Assembly (NCBI GenBank): GCA_018400355.1
Contig: JAGYMV010000001.1
Location: 1 to 34,564 of the forward strand
Direction: 5' to 3'
Length of the DNA: 34,564 bases
Source of the DNA: Wenzhouxiangella sp.
Lineage (GTDB): Bacteria > Pseudomonadota > Gammaproteobacteria > Xanthomonadales > Wenzhouxiangellaceae
Position numbers and translations under genes: made by a program. Positions 24,382 through 34,564 of the stretch are shown in pieces. The notes below the pieces were generated by a model. The model made no database searches. It was not told where the DNA came from and was given only the letters and a program-made list of their open reading frames with translations. Position 1 is the stretch's first letter. Each line of letters starts with the position of its first letter.

Positions 24382-25055
24382 ATAAAAAAGCAGTGGTGTT
24401 GTTATCGGGTGGTTTGGATTCAGCCACGGTGCTGGCGGATTTAACTGCCAGAGGGTTTGAGTGTCACACCTTGGCAGTCGATTATGGCCAGCGCCACCGC
24501 TCTGAATTGTTGGCGGCTGAGCGGGTCAGTCAGGCCTTGGGTGGGGTGAGTCATCGGGTGGTGGCTGTCGATCTGCGCGCGATTGGGGGATCAGCGCTCA
24601 CCGATGATGCTTTGGATGTGCCCACCGAGCTCAGCGAGGGGATCCCCATCACTTATGTTCCCGCTCGCAACACGTTGATGCTGGCGCTGGCGCTGGGTCA
24701 TGCGGAGGTGCTGGGTGCTGGCTGCATTGGCATTGGTGTCAACGCGGTCGATTATTCGGGTTACCCCGATTGCCGACCAGCGTTCATCGAAGCTTTTCAA
24801 GTACTGGCCAATCTCGCCACCCAGGCCGGTGTTGAAGGCCAGCATTGCCGCATTGATGCGCCTTTGATGCACATGACCAAAGCCAAGATCATTCAGCATG
24901 GCCTGTCTTTGGGGGTGGACTATTCCATCACCGTCTCTTGCTATCAGGCCACCGATGCCGGCGAGGCCTGCGGGGTGTGTGATTCTTGCCGACTCAGGCA
25001 GATTGGTTTTGAAGAAGCCGGTGTGGCTGACCCCACCCGATACGCACAATCCTAA
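24378..25055 (+). CDS. queC: 7-cyano-7-deazaguanine synthase
   Basis: LSGGLDS PP-loop, YGQRH, TYVPARN, GYPDCR and Zn site SCY...CGVCDSC. Confidence 0.96.
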   Translation: MNKKAVVLLSGGLDSATVLADLTARGFECHTLAVDYGQRHRSELLAAERVSQALGGVSHRVVAVDLRAIGGSALTDDALDVPTELSEGIPITYVPARNTLMLALALGHAEVLGAGCIGIGVNAVDYSGYPDCRPAFIEAFQVLANLATQAGVEGQHCRIDAPLMHMTKAKIIQHGLSLGVDYSITVSCYQATDAGEACGVCDSCRLRQIGFEEAGVADPTRYAQS

Positions 25056-25089
25056 ATCGGCTCAAGAGAGCGCCTTAAACCAAAAAAAA

Positions 25090-26001
25090 TCAGTGGTCGC
25101 GCTGGGTGAGTTGGTCGGCCAGCCACTCAAGGCCGGCGGTATCCCCTTTCAGTTCGGGCTTGGCGAGGTTCAATGAGGCCATGGCTTGATCGTGTAACTC
25201 AACAATGCGGTGTTTGGCGGCATCCAAACCAAACAAGCCAGGCCAGGTGGCTTTTTGTTTGGCGGCATCGGACCCTATGGGCTTGCCAATGACTTCCGCC
25301 TCGCCCTCCACATCCAACAAATCATCCCGAATTTGGAAGGCCAAGCCCACATGATCGCCAAAGTCTCTGAGTGCTTGAAGCGCCTCGGCGCTGAGATCGT
25401 CCACCAACAAACACGGCATCAAGACCGACGCTCGGATCAACGCCCCTGTTTTCATGGCAAACATGTGCTCTAAGGTGCGCTGATCGGGTTGTTGTTTTTC
25501 CAGTTGCAGATCCCAAGCTTGCCCGCCAGCCATGCCATCGGCACCACAGGCATCGGTGAGCTCCTGGAGCATTCGAAGGACGCCAGCAGGGTGGGTCTGG
25601 CTCAAAGCATCTTCTGCCAATAACTGATAAGCCAATGCCTGCAGAGCATCACCCACCAAAATGGCTGTGGCTTCATCGAAGGCCAAGTGGGTGGTTGGTC
25701 GGCCCCGCCTTAAATCATCATCATCCATGGCCGGCAAGTCATCGTGGACCAACGAATAGCAATGGATGAGTTCAACAGCACACGCCGGCGCCAAAACGTT
25801 CTGGGTTTCTAGGCCAATGGCTTCAGCCGCTGCAAACACCAGCAAGGGCCGCAAGCGCTTGCCGCCATTAAAAACGGAGTAGTGCATGGCCTCTTTGAGC
25901 TGGGTATCGGTACCCGGGGTGGCCACCAAGCGGTTTTTCAGCTGGGCTTCAAAAACATCCAGATAGCCAGCTAGCCTGGTCGCGAAAACGTGTGTGCCCA
26001 T
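25090..26001 (-). CDS. ispA: Farnesyl diphosphate synthase (polyprenyl synthetase)
   Basis: GGKRLRP, HDDLPAMDDDDLRRG, KTGALI, FQIRDDLLD. Start trimmed to ATG 26001 because the longer ORF overlaps bamD. Confidence 0.93.
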   Translation of the reverse strand: MGTHVFATRLAGYLDVFEAQLKNRLVATPGTDTQLKEAMHYSVFNGGKRLRPLLVFAAAEAIGLETQNVLAPACAVELIHCYSLVHDDLPAMDDDDLRRGRPTTHLAFDEATAILVGDALQALAYQLLAEDALSQTHPAGVLRMLQELTDACGADGMAGGQAWDLQLEKQQPDQRTLEHMFAMKTGALIRASVLMPCLLVDDLSAEALQALRDFGDHVGLAFQIRDDLLDVEGEAEVIGKPIGSDAAKQKATWPGLFGLDAAKHRIVELHDQAMASLNLAKPELKGDTAGLEWLADQLTQRDH

Positions 26002-26017
26002 GAACAAAGACTCGAAA

Positions 26018-26836
26018 TCAGTCAAACGGCCAGAGTTTTTGGAAAAAGCTCTTGGCTTCTGGTTCGGGCAAAGACGCACCATCGAGGTTGAGCTCCAGCA
26101 CTTGACGGGTATCGGCCGCGAGTTCGGGCAAACCCAGTTCGGTATAGGCCCGTTCCATGATATCGAGCGCTTGGAGTTTGGCTGGCGCGTTTGGATAGGT
26201 CTCCAAGACATACTTGGCCCGATTGATGGCGCCGAGATAGACACCGCGCCGGAAATAGTACTGCGCCACGGTGATTTCGTATTGCGCTAGGACATTGCGC
26301 AGATACACCATCCGTTGTCTGGCATCGGCCACGTAACGGCTTTGTGGGTAGCGCTGTGTGAGTTCTTGGAAGTCGTTGAATGCAAGACGCGCACTGGTTT
26401 GGTCTCGATCGATGATCTGATCGGGGAACAGGCGGCGCAAGAAACCCAAGGCATCACCATAGTGCACCAGGCCTTTCAGATACCAGGCATAGTCGACATT
26501 GGGGTGGGTGGGGTAGGTGCGGATGAAGCGATCGAGGGTGGTGATGGCATCCTCACCGCGGTTGCTTCGATATTGCACATAGGCCAGATCCAGTTGTGCT
26601 TGTTCGGCGTGCCGCCCAAAAGGATAGAGCGTGGTCAAGCGACGATAGAGGGTGATGGCCACCTCGTAGCGGCGGCTGTCCATGGCGGCTTGCGCTTCGG
26701 CATAAAGCGCCTCGGCACTCAAGTCCTCGTCTTTGACTTCACGACCGCAGGCGGTTGTCAGAATTAAAGCCATCAAGGCGATGATGAACACTCGAAAGAG
26801 TGGGAGTCTGTGTGAAATAGTATGCATAATGGCCAA
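26018..26836 (-). CDS. bamD: Outer membrane protein assembly factor BamD (ComL lipoprotein)
   Basis: Lipobox LTTAC, TPR segments YPFGRHAEQAQL, YPTHPNVDYAWYLKG and YPQSRY. Divergent from rluD, as is typical. True start may be 26827. Confidence 0.94.
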   Translation of the reverse strand: MAIMHTISHRLPLFRVFIIALMALILTTACGREVKDEDLSAEALYAEAQAAMDSRRYEVAITLYRRLTTLYPFGRHAEQAQLDLAYVQYRSNRGEDAITTLDRFIRTYPTHPNVDYAWYLKGLVHYGDALGFLRRLFPDQIIDRDQTSARLAFNDFQELTQRYPQSRYVADARQRMVYLRNVLAQYEITVAQYYFRRGVYLGAINRAKYVLETYPNAPAKLQALDIMERAYTELGLPELAADTRQVLELNLDGASLPEPEAKSFFQKLWPFD

Positions 26837-26901
26837 TGATAAGCCCTTTGAGCCCGTGGTGGGAACTAGGGTGCCAAAGCGAATGCTAAACGAGAGTTAA
26901 A

Positions 26902-27850
26902 TTGCCCACTTTTGAGCGTCAACATCAAGTCACTGAAGAACAGGCCGGTCAGCGCCTCGATCAGCTTTTGGCGAGTATTTGGAGCGATTTTTCAAGAAAT
27001 CGCCTGGCCCAATGGGTGAAATCAGGCGACATCACGCTCAATGAGCGCGTGGTCAAACCCCGCCAAGCGGTCAGTTTGGGCGATTGCGTTGCCCTCCAAG
27101 CCACCTTGAGCCCGCACAGCGAGACATTGCAGGCCGAGGACATTGAATTGGATGTGCTCTATGCCGATGAGGCAGCGTTTGTGATCAACAAGCCCGCCCA
27201 TTTGGTGGTGCACCCAGGCTCGGGCAACCCGGATGGCACCTTGGCCAATGCCTTGTTGCATTTGGACCCGGCGCTGGAAGCTTTGCCTCGGGCGGGTTTG
27301 GTGCACCGGCTGGACAAAGACACCACAGGGTGTTTGATGGTGGCTCGAACCCACCAAGCGCATACCCGTTTGGTGGCCTTGCTGAAAGACCGGGAGATCA
27401 AAAGGCGCTATGTGGCCTTGGTCTGGGGTCGGGTCCTCTCTGGTGGCACCATCAATGAGCCCATGGGCCGACACCCCACCGACAGACGCAAGCAAGTGGT
27501 CCGCCGCGATGGTCGGCCCGCCATCACCCATTACCGCCTCAATCAGCACTTGGCTGGCGCCACTTTGCTGGATGTGGAGCTAGAAACGGGCCGCACCCAC
27601 CAGATTCGGGTGCACATGGCCCATGTCGGTTACCCCATCATTGGGGACCCTGTTTATGGTCGACGGGGTTCTCCGGGTGGCCTGACCGAGGCGCAACGGG
27701 CGGCCTGGCAGCAATTCCCACGCCAAGCCTTGCACGCCAGCCAGCTCGTCTGCCCGCACCCCATCGATGAGGGCAAAGAGATTGCAGCCTCTGCCCCCAT
27801 CCCCGACGACTTGCAGGCGTTGATGAGGGCATTGAGTCCAGAGCCGAGCA

Positions 27851-27858
<8 letters not shown>
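26902..27858 (+). CDS. rluD: 23S rRNA pseudouridine(1911/1915/1917) synthase
   Basis: S4 domain, NKPAHLVVHPGSG, HRLDKDTTG, LETGRTHQIRVH, RQALHA. Confidence 0.95.
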
Positions 27859-32357
<4,499 letters not shown>

Positions 32358-32367
32358 GGTTCATGTC

Positions 32368-33447
32368 ATGTCTGATCACAAACGGCTAAGTCCTCTGTTC
32401 TCTGCCCGCGCGCTATTTGCCTTGCTGGTGGTATCGCTTGTCGTCTTGGCTGGCTGTCAACCTTCAGACCCAGAAGCTGTCCCAGGCGGACAACAGACGG
32501 ATGGCTCGGCTGAGCAGCGTGTGGTGGTTTATACCTCACGCCAACCCCATTTAATCGAGCCTTTGTTTGAGCGCTACACCCAACAGACGGGTGTCACTGT
32601 TGAGTTCACCAGTGCCAACGAAGCCTCTCTCATTGAGCGCATGGCAGCTGAGGATGACCAAACTCCCGCCGATGTTTTTATCACCGTGGATGCGGGCAAT
32701 TTGTGGTTTGCCAGTGAACGGGGTTTGCTGCAACCATTGGAATCTGAGTCTTTAGAAGCCATTGTGCCGGCATCGCTGCGGGATACAAACAACCGCTGGT
32801 TTGGTTTGTCGGTTCGGGCGCGTACCTTGATGTACCATCCTGACCGAGTCGACCCTTCGGAACTGTCCACGTTCGAAGACTTGGCCGACCCTAAATGGGC
32901 CGGGCGCTTGTGTTTGAGAACCTCTAAGAAGGTGTATAACCAATCATTGGTGGCGATGCTGATTGAGCACCATGGCGAGGAAAGAGCCGAGGCCATCGTG
33001 GCGGGTTGGGTGTCGAATCTGGCCACCGATCCATTTTCTTCAGATACTCAGTTGATTGAGGCGGTCGCGGCTGGTCAATGCGATGTGGCCATTGCCAATA
33101 CCTATTACCTGGGCCGTTTGCTGGCCGACGACCCCAATTATCCCGTGGCTTTGTTCTGGGCCAACCAAGACACCACGGGTGTCCACGTCAACATCTCAGG
33201 GGCGGGCGTGACCACGCATGCACCCCGTCCAGACCAAGGGCAGCGGCTGATCGAGTGGCTGGCTTCTGAGAACGCTCAAGCAGAGTTCGCTGAATCCAAT
33301 TTGGAATACCCCATCAACCCGAATGTGCCGGCCAGTGGCATCGTGGCCCAATGGGGCCCGTTTGTCGCCGATGAGGTGCCTTTGGTGGTGGTGGGTGAGC
33401 GTCAAGCACAAGCTGTGCGTTTGATGGACCGCGCCGGGTATCGTTGA
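32368..33447 (+). CDS. Fe(III) ABC transporter substrate-binding lipoprotein (FbpA/FutA/AfuA type)
   Basis: Lipobox LAGC, VYTSRQ, ITVDAGNL, YNQSL, ANTYY (tandem Tyr iron ligands), HVNISG, NLEYP. Confidence 0.9.
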   Translation: MSDHKRLSPLFSARALFALLVVSLVVLAGCQPSDPEAVPGGQQTDGSAEQRVVVYTSRQPHLIEPLFERYTQQTGVTVEFTSANEASLIERMAAEDDQTPADVFITVDAGNLWFASERGLLQPLESESLEAIVPASLRDTNNRWFGLSVRARTLMYHPDRVDPSELSTFEDLADPKWAGRLCLRTSKKVYNQSLVAMLIEHHGEERAEAIVAGWVSNLATDPFSSDTQLIEAVAAGQCDVAIANTYYLGRLLADDPNYPVALFWANQDTTGVHVNISGAGVTTHAPRPDQGQRLIEWLASENAQAEFAESNLEYPINPNVPASGIVAQWGPFVADEVPLVVVGERQAQAVRLMDRAGYR

Positions 33448-34564
33448 TGCGCTCATGGCGGCTCACTCGCCATGTCTTATTGTGGCCATTGTTGTTGTTG
33501 GTGGCTTTGCCGCTCTTAATGCTGCTGCTTTCTTGGATGCAGCCCCAAGCCGATGTGTGGGCCCACATCAAAGCGTATTTGTTGCCTCGATTGATCAGCC
33601 ACAGCCTGCTGATGTTGGTGGTGGTTGGGTTGGGGGTGGCCATCATTGGGGTGTCCATGGCGTGGCTGTCAGCCTGTTGCGAGTACCCCTTTAGAAAAAT
33701 CCTTGACCCTTTGTTGGTGTTGCCTCTGGCTTTCCCGACTTATGTCTTGGCGTTTATCTACCTGGGCATCTGGGATTACAGTGGGCCCATCCAAACCCAA
33801 TGGCGTGGGTGGTTTGATTCTGATCCATGGCTTTTCCAGTCCTTATCTCAGCCTGCCGGTGTGCTGCTGATTTTGGTCCTGGCGTTCTACCCGTATGTTT
33901 ATTTGTTGGCCAGAGCATCTTTTGCCAGCGGTGGACTGGCAGCATTCGAAGCGGGCAGAAGCTTGGGTGTGGGGCCGGTGCGCACCTTTTTTAGGGTGAG
34001 TCTGCCGATTGCCAGACCAGCGATTGTGGCGGGGTTGACCTTGGCGATGATGGAAACGCTGGCCGATTTCGGGGCGGTGTCTATATTTGGTTTTGATACC
34101 TTCACCACCGCCATTTATCGAACCTGGTTTGGTTTGTTTAACCTCACCGCGGCGGTTCAATTGGCGTCGATTTTAATGCTGTTTGTGTTGGCGTTGATTG
34201 TGGCCGAGCGTGCGAGTCGAAGTGAGGGCGCGGGCGAATCCGAGCGCCGGCCCACGGGGCATCGCATTCGACTGCGGGGCCTGTCGGCCGTCATGGCCAG
34301 CTTGGCTCAAGTGGCTCTGATCTGTTTGGCGGTGGTGATGCCTTTGATGCAACTGGTGGTGTGGGCTTGGCCGTCGATGTTTGATTTAACAACCCAGCCC
34401 ATCCCAGGCTTGATTGGCAACACCTTATTGCTGGGCTTTGGCGGTGCGCTCTTGGTGGTGTTCGGAGGCATCATGTTGTTGGCCGCCACACACAAAATTC
34501 GACAGCGGTCGCAATTGCTGGCTGAGGTGGCCGCCTTGGGTTATGCGATTCCAGGCACTGTGCT
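33447..34564 (+). CDS. Fe(III) ABC transporter permease (FbpB type), truncated by the window end
   Basis: Manual translation from ATG 33447 (overlapping the upstream TGA): MRSWRLTRHVLLWPLLLLVALP...LPLAFPTYVLAF...FEAGRSLG..FFRVSLPIARPAIVAG...ETLADFG (EAA loop). Confidence 0.9.
   Translation, partial: MRSWRLTRHVLLWPLLLLVALPLLMLLLSWMQPQADVWAHIKAYLLPRLISHSLLMLVVVGLGVAIIGVSMAWLSACCEYPFRKILDPLLVLPLAFPTYVLAFIYLGIWDYSGPIQTQWRGWFDSDPWLFQSLSQPAGVLLILVLAFYPYVYLLARASFASGGLAAFEAGRSLGVGPVRTFFRVSLPIARPAIVAGLTLAMMETLADFGAVSIFGFDTFTTAIYRTWFGLFNLTAAVQLASILMLFVLALIVAERASRSEGAGESERRPTGHRIRLRGLSAVMASLAQVALICLAVVMPLMQLVVWAWPSMFDLTTQPIPGLIGNTLLLGFGGALLVVFGGIMLLAATHKIRQRSQLLAEVAALGYAIPGTV

Noticed and set aside
24378-25055. 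queC as part of an anti-phage or DNA-modification system (Qat, CBASS type IV, Dpd)
   Set aside because: Canonical length and motifs of housekeeping QueC; no TGT/DpdA, TatD, ATPase or cyclase neighbours.
26002-26244. N-terminal extension of ispA in the ORF track
   Set aside because: Overlaps bamD in another frame; IspA homology starts after ATG 26001.
32368-34564. Fe(III) ABC transporter as part of the phytate system (iron release from Fe-phytate)
   Set aside because: It lies about 10 kb away within core genes and shares no visible regulatory motif; the link is chemically plausible but unsupported by this sequence.

Overview
A 34.6-kb bacterial chromosome segment, most likely from a gammaproteobacterium related to Xanthomonadales/Wenzhouxiangellaceae (inferred from gene content and synteny). 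The left arm (1-10.3 kb) has the 5' end of a cobalamin-riboswitch-controlled btuB-like receptor, a TetR / alpha-beta hydrolase / fadE fatty-acid module, zapE, a second hydrolase, cytochrome c5, a PuuB-like FAD oxidoreductase, efpL (yeiP), uppP and tRNA-Arg(CCG). Directly after the tRNA is an accessory block (~10.5-22.6 kb) that looks like an organic-phosphorus scavenging system. It holds two paralogous TonB-dependent receptors, a two-domain beta-propeller phytase, an exported FN3 + metallophosphoesterase, and an exported calcineurin-like phosphoesterase in which three canonical His positions are replaced by Asp/Glu. Pho-box-like repeats with 11-bp phasing precede both receptors and the phytase. 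The right arm is a compact, reshuffled core region: yfcG-type GST, SRAP/YedK, hslR, nnrU, queC, ispA, bamD, rluD, pgeF (with an internal deletion), pyrG, kdsA, eno and an Fe(III) ABC transporter (fbpA and partial fbpB). I saw no CRISPR array, integrase or transposase. All calls come from reading motifs by eye; no searches were run.
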